Below, piece by piece: positions 29,103-43,892 of a stretch of DNA of 64,000 nucleotides (the stretch's first letter is position 1; every line of letters starts with the position of its first letter). The DNA lies in NCBI GenBank assembly GCA_951406725.2, contig OX597829.1, positions 33,728,001 through 33,792,000 of the forward strand, written 5' to 3'. The DNA comes from Octopus vulgaris (Eukaryota). The translations under genes and the position numbers were made by a program. Below the pieces are notes generated by a model. The model saw only the letters and a list, made by a program, of their open reading frames with translations. It did not search any database and was not told where the DNA came from.

Positions 29103-29342
29103 GTAATGGATATATAATACTATATATTTCGGATAATATCCACACTCTATTGATAGATATACGAGTGCATCTTTTCCCCGACTTATGGACTCTTAGAAGA
29201 CTCACGCAAGCACACGCTTCCACAAAACGTAGAGTGTATTGCAATAGGTCCTCTGCAGCTTGTGCCATATAGCTACGCTCACCGGCGTTGTGCTCTACAT
29301 AATCATCAAAGATTATAACATTATTTTATACATGCTTTACAA

Positions 29343-31450
29343 ATGGATTTGGGATATTCAACAAAGAATATTCCACCACCACCGAACGAACTCTATACAA
29401 GGCTGCTGCTGGAGAAAATAATCGAATTGATCAGGTGGATGAGATGGAAAGCTTTTTACTTTGACCAGCCCAAACCACCAACGGAAACTGAAAATTTGGG
29501 CTTAAATCTGGGAAGTTTCCACCCAAGATCAAGGAACTGGAGGCTTTCAAAAATGACCTGTTGAACATAATACTCCGCCTGTAAAAGTCCTCAAACCCTT
29601 TCCAACGTAAACTCAGAACAGACACCTGTATGCTTCAGTCTTCTGACAGGCCCATTCTCTTTTCTGATAAAACAAAAACTTTATATAGAGTAAGTAGTGA
29701 CACATACGTATAACTTCTTAACAACAGCATTACACAGACGTACAGTGGGGCTAGCCTCCAGGCATACAATAGAAATATAGCTTTATAAGGTGGTGAGCTG
29801 GCAGAAACGTAAGCACGCCAGGCAAAATGCGTAGCCATATTTCATCTGCCATTACGCTCTGAGTTCAAATTACGCCAAGGTCGACTTTGCCTTTCATCCT
29901 TTCGGGATCGATAAATTAAGCACCAGTTACGCACTGGAGTCAATGTAATCGACTTAATCTGTTCGTCTGTCCTTGTTTGTCCCCTCTGTGTTTAGCCCCT
30001 TGTGGGTAGTAAAGAAATAGGCATTTCATCTGCCGTTATGTTCTGAATTCAAATTCCGCCAAGGTCAATTTTGCCTTTCATCCTTTCAGGGTCGATAAAT
30101 TAAATGCCAGTTTCGCACTGGGGTCGATGTAATCGACTTAATCCCTTTGTCTGTCCTTGTTTGTCCCCTCTATGTTTAGCCCCTTGTGGGTAATAAAGAA
30201 ATAAGAAATATAGCTTTTAAACTAGGCATAGAAAATAGGGTAGAAACGCTGGTGAAGAAAGAGGCCTTCATAATGATCAAGGATCATAATCCTAACTTTA
30301 CCTCCAAATCTAAATGCAGGCTGATAAACCTGGTGAAGTCTGAGATTGGACAAGTAAGTAAACAGCTCATCAGGAAGATCAGTAACGGCATTAGAAACTT
30401 CTCTGACATTGCCCTATGGCACAACACCAAAGAGGTCATTACATGGCTTAAGGCCAATAGAGGTAGGGATAGAGCTAGGTTTACCCAATTTTATATAGTT
30501 GATTTCTACTCATCTATACCAAAGAAGCTCCAGTCAAAGGCCCACACTGAAGTCAGCAACGAGGACATACGCATTATCATGAACGCCAGAAGAACCCTAC
30601 TCTTAGCCAAACATACTGACCCGGAGGACTCCTTCAACAGTGCTGATGTATATGACCTAGTGGGTTTCTTCATCTTAGATGCACTTAAAAGGAAATTCCC
30701 TTCAAGTAGCTTTGGACTCTACAAAGATAACGCACTGGAAATACCAAGAGGGGCCAATGGCCACAAGCTAGATAGGTTCAGAGAGAACCTCACAAGCACC
30801 ATGAACTCTCTTGGACTGAAGGTCATGATAGAGACCAACCTGAAAACGGCAGATCTCTTTGATGTGACCCTGGACCTGGAATCTGGCGCCTGTAGGCCAT
30901 TTAGAAAACCAAATGAGAAACTGCCTTACATTAACACAGGTTCCTGCCATCCAGCCATAGTGTTCAGGAACCCGGGTAAGGGCATCAGCAGGAGAATCTC
31001 CATCTTATCTTCAAGCAAAGAGATCTTTAATGCTGCTACCATGTACTACAACTGGGCCCTAGCTGCCAGCGGTTTCAAGGATAGTATTAGTTACATGCCA
31101 GATCCTAGCCCCCCTCTCATTGAAGAGAAAGCGTTACCGGAATGTGCTGTGATTCATGCCACCGGTCTCTTTAGACGTAAAGACCAGAGTAGGTAAATTT
31201 TTCCTTAGTTTAGTTGATAGGCACTTCCTCCGTACTAATAGATTCAATAAAATATTTAATAGACATACCCTGAAACTATCCTTTAGCTGTGCACCTAATG
31301 TAAAAAAGATATTTGTAGATAGGCCTACACCCGAGGCAGAAGCAGGATGTTCATGCAAGGATAACACAACTTGTCCGCTGAATGACCACTGCAACACAGG
31401 GATAGTAGCATACAAGCCAGAGTTAACAGTCTCAGGACCAAATGGACAAC
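29343..31450 (+). mobile_element. Naiad-type PLE ORF, decayed (N-term, RT, linker, zinc knuckle)
   Basis: YSTKNIP...RWKAFYF, SDKT motif, CRLINLVKSEIG, IVDFYSSI, GLYKDNAL (YRDD degenerate), FNRHTLKLSFSC, CSCKDNTTCPLNDHC. Confidence 0.9.
29785..30203 (+). mobile_element. SINE with tandemly duplicated body and 14-bp TSD, inserted in the PLE ORF
   Basis: agaaatatagcttt at 29771-29784 and 30204-30217; body ~29840-30020 repeated at ~30023-30203. Confidence 0.9.
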
Positions 31451-31454
31451 AGAG

Positions 31455-31745
31455 CATTTTATCTGATCAAATTCATCCTATGGTTGCAGAACTGTTTCCA
31501 GAAGGAAACACAATCTTTCAGGATGATAATGCATCACTTGTTACTGAATGGCATGAGGAACATTCTAGTGAAGTTGAACATCTTATCTGGCCACCACAGT
31601 CCCCAGATCTCAATATTATTGAACATTTACGGTGCATTTCAGAAAATCAAGTAAGGAGTCGATATCCTCCACTACCATCACTACAAGAACTAGAGACTGT
31701 TTTAGCTGAAGAAGGGACAAAAATTTCTTTGGAAACAGTTCAAAC
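31455..31745 (+). mobile_element. Tc1 (DD34E-type) transposase fragment
   Basis: IFQDDNAS...WPPQSPDLNIIEHL; same family as 59150-59960. Confidence 0.8.
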
Positions 31746-31954
31746 TTTGGTTGACACTTGGAAGGGCATCCAGCTGTAAAACCCTTGCCAAAACCGACCT
31801 GCTGGATGGTTGGTGTTAGGAAAGGTATCTAGCTGTAAAAATCCTGCCAAAACAGTCGCAGAAGTCTGATGCAGGCTTCTGCCTGGCCGGCTCCTGTGAA
31901 ACTGTCCCACCTATACCAGCATGAAAAGCAGATTTTAAACTATGATGATGATGA

Positions 31955-32007
<53 letters not shown>

Positions 32008-32009
32008 TA

Positions 32010-32830
32010 TGGTCTGATCAATAAGTACATGGGTGTTGCCATAGTAAAGAAGCTAAAGCACATAGAGTGAAGCCGCTTGGCAAAGATTAACTTTGAACTC
32101 TATTGTGCATGCATACTAAGTTTTAACATTCTAGCTCAATTCCGCTGCTTACAGAAGTGCTTAGAAGGAAGGTCTGTAGCATGTGTCCGTCGCATTGACC
32201 ATGACAGAAAGTTGTCATGACAATACCTGCTCAGAGGCCTACACAAATTTGCAGAAAGTGTATGGAGAAGAGTGTATGAGCCACATACAAGTCTACAAGT
32301 ATTTCAGACGTTTCTACGAAGGCTGAAAAATGTCGGTATTGACGAATGTTCTGGGAGAACCACAACCAGTAGGACTGAGAAAAACATCGCAGTACATGCA
32401 GCTCTGAAGGGAAATTGTTGAATCACCATCCGTGAGTTATCAGATGATGTGCAGATTAGTTATGGTTCAGTTCAGTCCATTATCACTGAAGGTTTGGGTA
32501 TGAGATGTGTGTCTGTCAAGTTTGCGCCAAAACTGCTTTCAGCTGACCAAGAAGTTACTCAGGTTTCGGTTTCGAGTCGAAAATGAAGAAAACTTTTTGA
32601 AAACTTTGCATTGACCTCCGAACAGATATCGCAAAGCTTTTGGCAAAATTTGATGCAGATTCTCTGCTCAACTTAGTCTGTCATGGTCAATACTACGATC
32701 ATACGCTATACACCTTTCTTCCAAGCACTGCTATAAACAGTGGCTGTGAGCTGGGATGTTGAAACTTAGTGTGCATGCACAACAGAGTTCAAGGTCAATT
32801 TGTGCCAAGCAGCTTCATTCGACGTGCTTT
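32010..32830. mobile_element. Mariner-derived MITE with long TIRs, right end truncated
   Basis: Starts ggtctgatcaataagta; same family as 57255-58119. Confidence 0.75.
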
Positions 32831-32834
32831 AACA

Positions 32835-34465
32835 TCTCATACCCCTTTTAAGTTTTTTCTTTTTTCTTAGTGAGTATTATTTTATTTCTCTTAAAAGCAA
32901 TACTTTTTATATCACTCGCATCCCATTTTTGAGTTTTCTTTTTTTTTTTCCTTAGTTACACATTTAATATTTTTTGCGATTGGCATCCACTTTCAGGAAC
33001 TCCGTACTTTTTCTTTTGCTTACGCTTGTGTGTCTGGGTTCAATTACCTGCGGTGCTGTTGGTACTTGGAAAGTATCTTATAACTATTCCATTGGTTCTT
33101 CCATTCTCTTGGGTTCACTCTCAACAAATCTTTTTTTCAGTTGGTTCATGTGTCTCTTTTATAGCCCTTTTCTACTTTTTACCATGTATAGCATTTTTCC
33201 TATGCATTTGGTAATCACACCATCTTCCCAACACTGTTTTCCATTCTTATACCCCCTCACAAATACCTTTTCACCAATTTTGAAAAATCTTGCTGTATTA
33301 TCAATCCATTGCAATTTTTCTTTTCTTACCAGGTAGTAATTGTTGAAGACTGATTTTATTTTTCTTGCAAACATCAGCCCTGCTGGTGTAGTTGGATTTG
33401 GTGTCACACAGTATACTCTTAAGAATTGTTGTAGAGCTGTCTTATCCGTGACTTCCTTAGGGCTCTCTTGAATGTGTCGACAAAGCGTCTTGCTTGTCCA
33501 TTAGATCTGGGATGGTATGGCACCATAGTTACATGTTCTACAGCGAACGTTTTACACAACTTTCTAAATTCAAAAGACACAAATTGCTTTCCATTGTCAG
33601 ACACTATCGCGTCTGGGATGCCAAATCTCACAAACAGCCCATGTAAAAAAAATTGTCACAGTTGAGGAGGTTGTTTTTTTTACACTTACAAATTTCTGGC
33701 CATTTAGAGAAACTATCAACTACCATTAAGTAGTATGAACCATTTAAATGACTGGTGAAATTGATATGTAGTCTCGACCACAGAACATCTACTTTTGGCC
33801 AAAGCTTACTTTTTCTTGCCGGCAATTTTGCTGCTAAAGCACATCCACTACAGCCTTTCACTAAATTTTCGATTTCCCTATTCATTTTTCACCAGTACAC
33901 ATAGCTACGCATTAAAACTTTCATCCTCGAAATACCAGGATGTCCATCATGAAATTCCCTGAACATTTACTTTTGCAGTGTTTCAGGTATCACTACTTTC
34001 TGTGTATAAATTAGTATGCCATCACAAACTGAGTAGAGGATCACATCTTGGTTTCATTTTGCACTAATCCTGTTCTTATTTACTCTTCCTGACCACAGTG
34101 TTCTTTTCACTTTTGTTATGAATTTGTCCTTTACTGCATTTCACTTTATGTCATCTAGGGTTACCAGTAATTCGCGTATCACATTCCACATTACATTTTT
34201 TTATTCCTCCTTCTGCTCTTAAAGCTGCGATTACCGTATCTTTGAATGGCTAGCAGTGCTTCAGTCTCAGTCTGGACAAACCATCTGCATGCCATAGCTT
34301 TTTAGACGATAAATATTCCCTTTCGTAGTCAAAATTCAATAGTGTAGAGCCCCATTGCTGTAGTCTATTTGCTGTGTGTGTTGGTATTCCTTTTTTAGAA
34401 CCGTATATTGAAGTTGTGGGCAATGATCTATTTGTGAACAGAAACTTCTTCCATGAATAAATCTA
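32835..34465 (-). mobile_element. Gypsy/Ty3 LTR retrotransposon internal fragment (RNase H end, integrase)
   Basis: HDGHPGI...CSGC HHCC finger, VVDSFSKWPE, IVSDNGKQF, YHPRSNGQA; PPT-like aaaaggggtatgaga near 32835-32850. Confidence 0.85.
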
Positions 34466-34859
34466 TGGCATTTTCGGATCTAGTTTTTTTCATTCGCAAA
34501 ATATGCATTTTTTAAAAGAGAGTAAAAAAAATATGAAAATCGGCTATAATAATGTAGCCTTCCAGTCTCATTGCTTTGAAGGTATGATGTTGTGGAGAAA
34601 ACAATTGGAGAAAAAAGTTATAGAGGTTTAATAAGCGAAAAAATTGGGTATTTTTAGCCAATAGCGAGACAGAAATTTTCTGTGTTTAGTGGGGCGGGGT
34701 CAATTTTAAGATTATACCCTGTAAAATTTATAGTTTAGTGTCTGATATGTCCATTGTAAATTTCTAAATGAATAGAAATACCTAATTTCATTGTAGGTTT
34801 CTAAATAAACAGAAATACCTAATAAAATCAACATCTTGAAAGAAGCCCGTCGTATATAT

Positions 34860-35075
34860 GTACATATATATGTATGTGTGTATATGTTTGTGTGTTTGTC
34901 CTTGTCCCCCCAACATTGCTTGACAACCGATGCTGGTGTGTTTACTTCGGCAAAAGAAACTGATAGAATAAGTACTAGGCTTACAAAGAATAAGTCCTGG
35001 GGTCGATTTGCTTGACTAAAGGCGGTGCTTCAGCATGGCCACAGTCAAATGACTGAAACAAGTAAAAGAGTAATA
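34860..35075 (+). mobile_element. SINE 3' portion
   Basis: cttgacaaccgatgctggtgtgtt...gactgaaacaagtaaaagagta; related to 52960-53290, 58130-58415 and the tail at 20913-20952. Confidence 0.65.
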
Positions 35076-35294
35076 TATATTTCTGTATGTGTTTACTTTA
35101 TGTGTATTTCAGTATTATTGTAAACCTGTCATGTATTTGTGTACATCATTAATATAAGTGCATGTGTGTGTGTGTGTGTGTGTGCATGCGCATGTGATTG
35201 TGCGTGTATGCATGTGTGTGTGAGAAAAGGAGGCGTCTGTCTCGAAAACCCCAAAGTTGAGTAACGTTTTCATAGTGTAGAAAAGGAACGAAAC

Positions 35295-35690
35295 CAGTAT
35301 GCTCCACTGGATGTGTGATGTCAGCGTGCATACTTGACAGAGTGTAAGTGCCTTGAGAGATAAGTTGGACCTAAGAAGCATCAGATGTTGTGTGCAAGAG
35401 AGACGACTGCATTGGTATGGTCATGTGGTGTGAATGGATGAGGATAGCTGTGTGAAAAAGTGTTACACCCTAGCAGACGAGGGAAACTGTGGAAAAGGTA
35501 GACCCAGGAAGACTTGGGATGAGGTGGTGAAGCATGACCTTCAAACATGAGGCCTCACCAAGGCAATGACTAGTGACCGAGACCTTTGGAAATATGCTGT
35601 GCTTGAGAAGACCTGGCAAGCCAAGTGAGACCATAACCCATGGCCTATGCCAGTGATGTAACCAGCCCACTTTGGTATACCTTTCTTGCA
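35295..35690 (+). mobile_element. RTE LINE ORF C-terminus
   Basis: RRLHWYGHVV...GKGRPRKTWDEVVKHDL. Confidence 0.8.
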
Positions 35691-36429
35691 ATGGATGGCT
35701 TGACAGGAGCTGGCAGGCTCTGATTGTCTGTTTTGGCATGGTTTCTATGGCTGGATGCCCTTCCTAACACCAACCACTTTATACTGGGTGCTTTTTATGT
35801 GACACCAGCACTGGCACTTTATATAAGATACCAGCATGGGTGCTTTTTAAGTGGCACCAGTATAGATGCTTTTTACATGACACAAGCACAGATGCTTTTA
35901 TATGGTACCAGCACCTGCAAGCTCACAAGACAAAGACCTCTCAGCTGAGAGAAATGGAACCAAGAGATTAGAAAAGAACAGAAGTAGCCCTCTTACTGGA
36001 GGGGATATTTGGCTTCCTCAGTGGGACAAGGAAGAAGAGGAAGTTAGGAGAGAGTTAAAGAAAGATAGAGGGATAGGTGGAGAGAGAGAGAATCTGCATG
36101 CAGGGAACAGTTGGTGTAGTATAAGTAGTACAAAAGGGATAGAAGGGTATGTTCCATAAGAGTATGAGAGGAGATGTTTAGAGCCAGCAGAGCAAGTGAT
36201 GTTGAAAGAAAGTGAAATGGCTATAGAGATAGTAAGTGATGATGAGAAGAATTGGAATTGGCTGGGGTGGTGATATGGTAGGTATATAAATACAGAGAGA
36301 GTGTGTGGATAGGTACATGAGGAAAAGCAGCAGGTCCTGCAGTAGGTGATGAGGGTGTGGGGGAGTTTGACAGAGAACAGAATTGTGTGTGTGTGTGTGC
36401 ACGCGCATGAGTTGGGGACTGGCTATAAA

Positions 36430-37190
36430 GAACATGCCAGTATGGATGGATGGCCAAGATTTTACTTAACTTGACAATTCTTCTTGGGAGCAACAAATCG
36501 CCAAAAGTCTCAGACACTTGTCATCTTAGGATTGTACTGCAACACAAAGAAAACAGAGCTGCAACTATTCAACCACAAAATGCCTGTGTCAGTGAAAGTG
36601 AGAGATAGCAAGTCACTCAAGGTAGTCAAAAATTTCAAATACCTTGGTGCTGAAAAAGACATCATAGCAAGGAAAGCTCTTGCCTGGCGCACATGCCATA
36701 AATTGAGAAAGGTATGGATTTCAAAGTTAACAAAGAAATTGAAAGTGAGGTTGTTTCTGGCCACAGTGGAATCTGTTCTTCTATACGGGGCTAAAACTTG
36801 GATGCTCATGAAAGCATTAAGAAGCAGTTGGATGGTTCTTATACAAGGATGCTTAGAATGGCACTCAATGTCTCCTGGAAGATTCATACAATAAATGCCA
36901 ACTTATACCAGGGACTACCAAAAGTAATATTGAAGATACAGCATAGAAGAATGAGGCTAGCTGGACACTGCATCAGACACACTGATGAAATTGCTAACAA
37001 GCTAGTGCTCTGGCAACCAACGGAAAGAAGAACCAGGAGACAAGGAGGAAGATGACCTATATTGACAACCTGCTGGAGGTTACTGGTATGGAAGGGGTAC
37101 AGGAGCTGAGGACCATTATGAAAGATCAAGGTGAATGGGGAAAACATGTGGAAACAGTCTTGGGGCATTCTGTGGGATGACCTAGATAGA
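36430..37190 (+). mobile_element. RTE-like LINE RT C-terminal fragment (different family)
   Basis: VKNFKYLG...LKVRLFLATVESVLLYGAKTW...RRMRLAGHCIRH. Confidence 0.8.
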
Positions 37191-38782
37191 CAGGTAGATT
37201 GTCATCCTCTCAGGGAGGTTCAATAGCTGAAGGTCCTTTCTCATTACTCTGTCTCACATCTTCCTAGGTCCACTTCTTCCAGTTGATGTGTGCAAGAAAA
37301 ACAATTATGCTTGTATGGACGTGATGCATATGGATGAGAACAGCTGTATAAAGAAGAAGTGATCACTTAATGTGGATGGAATTTGTGGAAGAGGGAAACC
37401 CAGAAACACATTGGATGTAGTGGTAAAGGCTGATCACAGGATCTTAAACTTTATGGAGGAGACAACAAGTGATTGAGATGACTGCAATTTTTGAGAAGTC
37501 CCTATCACCACCACCAATTCAGCAAACCTTAGTTCTGGAAGAGCAGTGTGTGTGTGTGTGTGTAACTATATATATCTTATGAACTTCATTAGATTACAAC
37601 TGTTTCTGTTATAAGATGCAGTGGACTGGCTCCAATGAAACTATAAGGTATTACCCAGATACTCAACTATGAGTCCACTATAGCAGAAACAGCCGAAAGC
37701 TAATGTAACTCATAAGATAACTGTTTGTTCCTTTGGCATCTCTCTTTCTTAGTACCACTCTATACTCAGCTAACACTTTGTTCTGAAACATATGTATATT
37801 GGGTTCTACACCAGGTCTTGCAATGTCTTGCAATGCCTAAGTGGTATATATGCACAATTGGGCCCTTTGCACAAATTCTTCCCAAAACACACCCACCATT
37901 CTTCATCTCTGTGACAGCAGTTTTTCCTTGATGCCACATACTTTTCTCATTACCCAGAACCATTTCACTTGATATCCATCCCTCATCCTTAAAATTGTCC
38001 TCTCCACCCAGACTATAGTCATCACCATTAACATTGTGTTCCTCTAGTCACCACCATTAAAATTGTCTTCCAACTGCCTCTCCTGTAGTGGCTATCACTG
38101 GTAATATTATTGTTATTATTTTTAATATTATTAATTTCTATTATTAATAGTAGTGGTATTGTTATAATTAATTTCTTATTATTATTTTCTTCTCGTTATA
38201 ATGGTTGCAGTGATTGTTGCAATTGTTTTTACTACCATCCTTCCTTTTTTCTTTGTTAGTTTCTTTATTTTACCACTAGATATTTCAGATTCTACACCAG
38301 AATTACAATAATTTTGTCCGTTGTAATTTGAGACTGGAGTGGGATCACTTGTTACTATCCACATCATCCTTCGGTCCTTCCAACTATTTATTTTCACTTT
38401 CTCTTTCTTCTTGACCTCCTCCTCCTCTTTCTCTCATCTCCTTCCTCTTCTACTGCTTCTTCATTCCCTAACCATACTTTTATTTACTTTGGCACTGACA
38501 CTGTACTTGCCCTGTCGATCTTTGCACAGTCTATTTACATTTTCATCTTTATTTACTTTGTTTCTTCCCAATATAAGCAAAAACACAATGATAGAGGCAC
38601 AATGTAAGAGCCTACCTTTGATGCAAGACTGAAGCAAAGTCACTCTAATGTTTAAAACTACAAATATGTAAATTTTCACTCGGAGCTTTTGCATGAACTG
38701 GTGTTGAAAGGAAAGTTGGTACAGAAACAATTGTAACTGATCATTAAAGACGTTAAAGTCTTTCTTTATCTTCTTATTTGCG

Positions 38783-38846
<64 letters not shown>

Positions 38847-41146
38847 TTGTATTCAATGAAGTATTAACTTATGTTCAAAGCTAAATTGTTGATTTAGATT
38901 CTATAATTAAATTGTTTATAAATTATCTCAAGTAAGAAGAGTATGATCCCTTCGCTTATAAATGAATATATTGTAGGGGAATAAGGAATCTTCAGTATCA
39001 GCATTTACTCGGTAACAGAGGGTGCAAGCGCACCCTACTAAAATTGGGGATGAGGGCAATGAATAACACTGAACATTCTCTTGAAAAACTTCATCACCAA
39101 AACAAATTTTTGGACTGATTTGAAATATTACTTTTCCATCAATGGATTTATTTGATTTCGATTGATGTACAGATATAATAATTATAATTATAATTATTAT
39201 TATTAAACCTGTATTTGTTTTGATATCAAGATTGAAAAATCCGACTTTGTAAAAGAATGTCGGACCCGGGTTTACACCCGCTAAGCAAATTTCATTTATA
39301 AGAATGAATGTCAGCCAACCATGTTTGAATGTTGATATTTTAAAAACAAAAGAATTAATGTGAAGTGAGCTCTAAAGAGTAACACATTGAAGAAGTATCA
39401 TAACTAAATGTAGATGATAGCTTTACTGGTAAATCAGTAAAAGCATTTGTTGAGGTATTTTATTTGCACAGAAGGTGTGGCATGAACATTTTTTTTTAAT
39501 AAAGCCTACTCGTCAGTAACAAGAGCTCACAGACAAATGAAATTAATTTCTTTTCAAACTGATATTTATAGTGTTACCAAAACGTTTTGAAACTAGTCTC
39601 CAATAGCTGCTGAACCTATCATACACTATCGCTCCTATACTTTCTTTCAGTGGTAGGGTTTCTATCAATTAAATAGAATGTTTGACTTTTAATGTTGAAA
39701 AATAAACTTCCTGACAACGAGCAATTGAAAAATGCTTCTCTTGAAACTTAAATGTCTACTTATAATCAACTCATAAATTTCGCACTTCGACCCAATTTCA
39801 TATCTAAACTGCTTCCTATTCAATCCTACTGCAAACCGAACAAAACTTAAATGATGACCACAATTTCCATTTGTATTCCACTTAGAAAAAAGAATTCTTA
39901 GGAATCACTTTTAACTAATAATAACCATTCTAACTCCACTCAAGTTTCTGCCGTTTTTATTATTTCCACGTATACTATTTCCTACGTGTTACGAAATAAT
40001 AAAACAAAAATCGCATGGCAAGCTTTATTCACAGACGGTTATTGGACGTAAAGTTCAAGAATTCATTCCTAAGTTAAACTATTATTGTTGTTTTCGGAAA
40101 AGATAGTATTGAATTCAAAATACCTCAGCTTTACTACCGCGTCAGTATCTCTCTATTATGCCATAGGGAACCGACATTTACATGAATTATTGATAAGTGT
40201 CTTTCAAAATTTTGATGTTATTAAGGGAAAACAAATACAGAAAAATAACGGACAGACTTCATAAATCCGCTTCACGACTTTTTCACGGTTTCGAGTAAGT
40301 GTCCTGTATCCATAGCTTCAGGTTGACCAAAATATCATTAGTATAACTTGCTAGAAACTTTTAAGTCCGACGGAGGGTCCGTTTCCATTCTTTGGTAAAT
40401 AAACAATCTACCGAGTGTAGACAACAACTGACCCCTTCAACACCTTTAGCGGAGTCTACTCTCTTACAAGCATTCGAATTACATCTTCGATCTGAGGATA
40501 AATCTTTATTTCAAAGACCTAGGTTTTCTCTTTTTTTCCTTTATTTTATTTTTTTTTTGTATTTCAAATAGCCATTCTGATTATATATTTCGTCGTTTGG
40601 TTTTAAATAGAGCAGAATTGCCATTAAATAAGTATTATGTAATATGAAACATTGTAGGCAATAGCAACGGGTTTCTGAAATGAAATATTAATCATCTAAG
40701 TAAAGGGAGGAATGTCACAAATCGATAATTATAATTGCAATATAAATGAAGAAATACTTGGCCTTCCTAAAAAATGGAAAGGCAAATTGGTGTCGGGAGA
40801 TTAAACCTATGAGGAATACGTTCTTAAACCCTAAGTTCTGAAATATTAAATAAAACAGTTTCAAATCGTTTTATTGCGAATTAAAAAACCCGTTTCCATG
40901 ATCTATTGTGGATCTAAATTATGAAGATATGCTGTGAGAAAAACAGCAAAAACATGTGTCTGATGGGTTTAAATAATCGAAAGCTTCAAGAAGGTACAAG
41001 AAAGAAGCAACTTTACGAACCAATATTAAGGCCTGCGTTAATCCTATAACATTCTCCTTACAATCATAACACGCTATGTTTGCCAGCTTCCCGGAACACT
41101 TTACGCAGTTCGGCCTCAATCGTTACCTCTCGCCATGGACACAACG

Positions 41147-41960
<814 letters not shown>

Positions 41961-43033
41961 CGAAGTGTACAGTATTATATATCCATTACGGTCGATGTTA
42001 TTCATAATATCATAATATATATGTATATAACTATTTGTGCATATGTATATACACACACTCGCACTAAACACACCCATAAATTCATCTACAGATGCTCATA
42101 TCAAATAACGGCGTAGCTTTTTCTTTTCCAACTATGTAAGATCAACGAATATAACATGCATAATGCTTAATATATTACATCATTTCACACACACACATTA
42201 TTTAGTACAAAGAGGAAATGTGCCCGTTGTTTCGCATATTCTCAGACTGGTATAATCTATACGGTTAATGTTTAGCTAAAATATTTGCATATTGCTAATT
42301 GTTGATAATTGCAGAGAAAACATGCAAAAAAGAGGTGCTCAATGAGCTAGAGTCCAAGTGAATTAATGAACGAAATATTTAGTAGATGAATGACTGACGC
42401 ATCAAGTAGGCTTGAACATTTGCAGTACATGGCTAGCAAGTTTAAAGAAACTATGATAGTTGTGTAAGGAAAGAGATTTGGAGAAATGATACAACACGTC
42501 GTTGGGTTTGTGTTAATAGTTAGTGATTGAATGTTTGCTAATCAAACTGTTGTGCGTAGCAGCTGCTACGTCTCTGATATGTGATCGGTACTTATGGATC
42601 AGAAAGTGATCAGCAATGGAACGTTCAAAGCTATGTAAAGTCTGAGGTTACTTTGTGAAATCAGAAGTTATGAAGCTATCAGTTGTGAAGGTTTTAGTCC
42701 AAAGCTACAAGTTCTTAGAAGAGTGTTGCAGCTTGTTTTTTTTTTTTTTTTTTAATATGCATGGCAAATATTTCTCGAACCCATATATATATATATATAT
42801 CATCGGTAAAATATAAATCCGAAAAAGAAGCACACTCTAAGTTATAGAGCAGTATATTATATAAATAAAGTTAGATAAGACAAGTTTATGGGATTACCCT
42901 TGGTTTCACGTCCATAAAGCGCTTAGATCCCAAACCTGTTGGCTTATGGCCTCTCTAGGAAAGTGTTTTATGGACGTGAAACTTAGGGTAATCCCATAAA
43001 CCGGACTTATCTAACTTTATTTATTTATTTATT

Positions 43034-43125
<92 letters not shown>

Positions 43126-43757
43126 CATATATACGCGAGTCGCTTATGTATAAATGCACACACGTACACAGCATCAATTTCTATACCGGATTTACTCGTA
43201 TATAAATCTCATCTCAGTTTTTTCAGTTAAAATCAAATATACAACAGTAAGACTTATACATTAGTAAATACGGTGTGTGGGCGGGTAAAGAGAGAGAGGG
43301 AGGCAGTTACGAGTATAAACAAATTAAATATAACAGCATGAATTTGATATACAAATATATGTATACATGCAAACAGAAGGAAAGACTGAAAACATTCAGA
43401 CGATGAATGTTCAAGTTTAACAATATATCTATATTGTTGGATCAAACTAGAGTACAAACGACAGAGAAAATTAAAAGGGAAGAGGTTATAAGTCCAACAG
43501 CTGTTTCTGGGGGCGCAGAGATCCATTATAATATTGGTAGATGTAGCTCACCATAATATGCAGGCCATAATGAAAGCAAATAAACATTAGATAAATTGAG
43601 ACTCAAAAAAAAAATTTTATATTTGTTTATCAGCATAATTGCCATCATATCTACTCACCTTGATTTGTCTAAAAGACTTTGGAGACTTTCTTCAAATCAT
43701 TTGAGCGCTACTAAGTTTTCTATACCGAGAGAATCTCTGGTTGTCATCTGTTGACCA

Positions 43758-43816
<59 letters not shown>

Positions 43817-43892
43817 ATAAATATTAGGGAATAAATCCAAATTTACAGGGAAAAAATCAGATTTAGGATTAAATCCAATTTTATAGTAAAAT

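Larger units (their letters stand above)
28230..29155. repeat. Head-to-head inverted PLE terminal repeats (pLTRs), ~400-bp diverged arms
   Basis: 28230-28620 is the reverse complement of ~28745-29155; each arm carries an HHR motif. Confidence 0.8.

Noticed and set aside
40919-41119. CVKC...ACYDCKEN resembling a B-box finger
   Set aside because: Later metal ligands are missing, the start is TTG and a stop lies just upstream; probably chance
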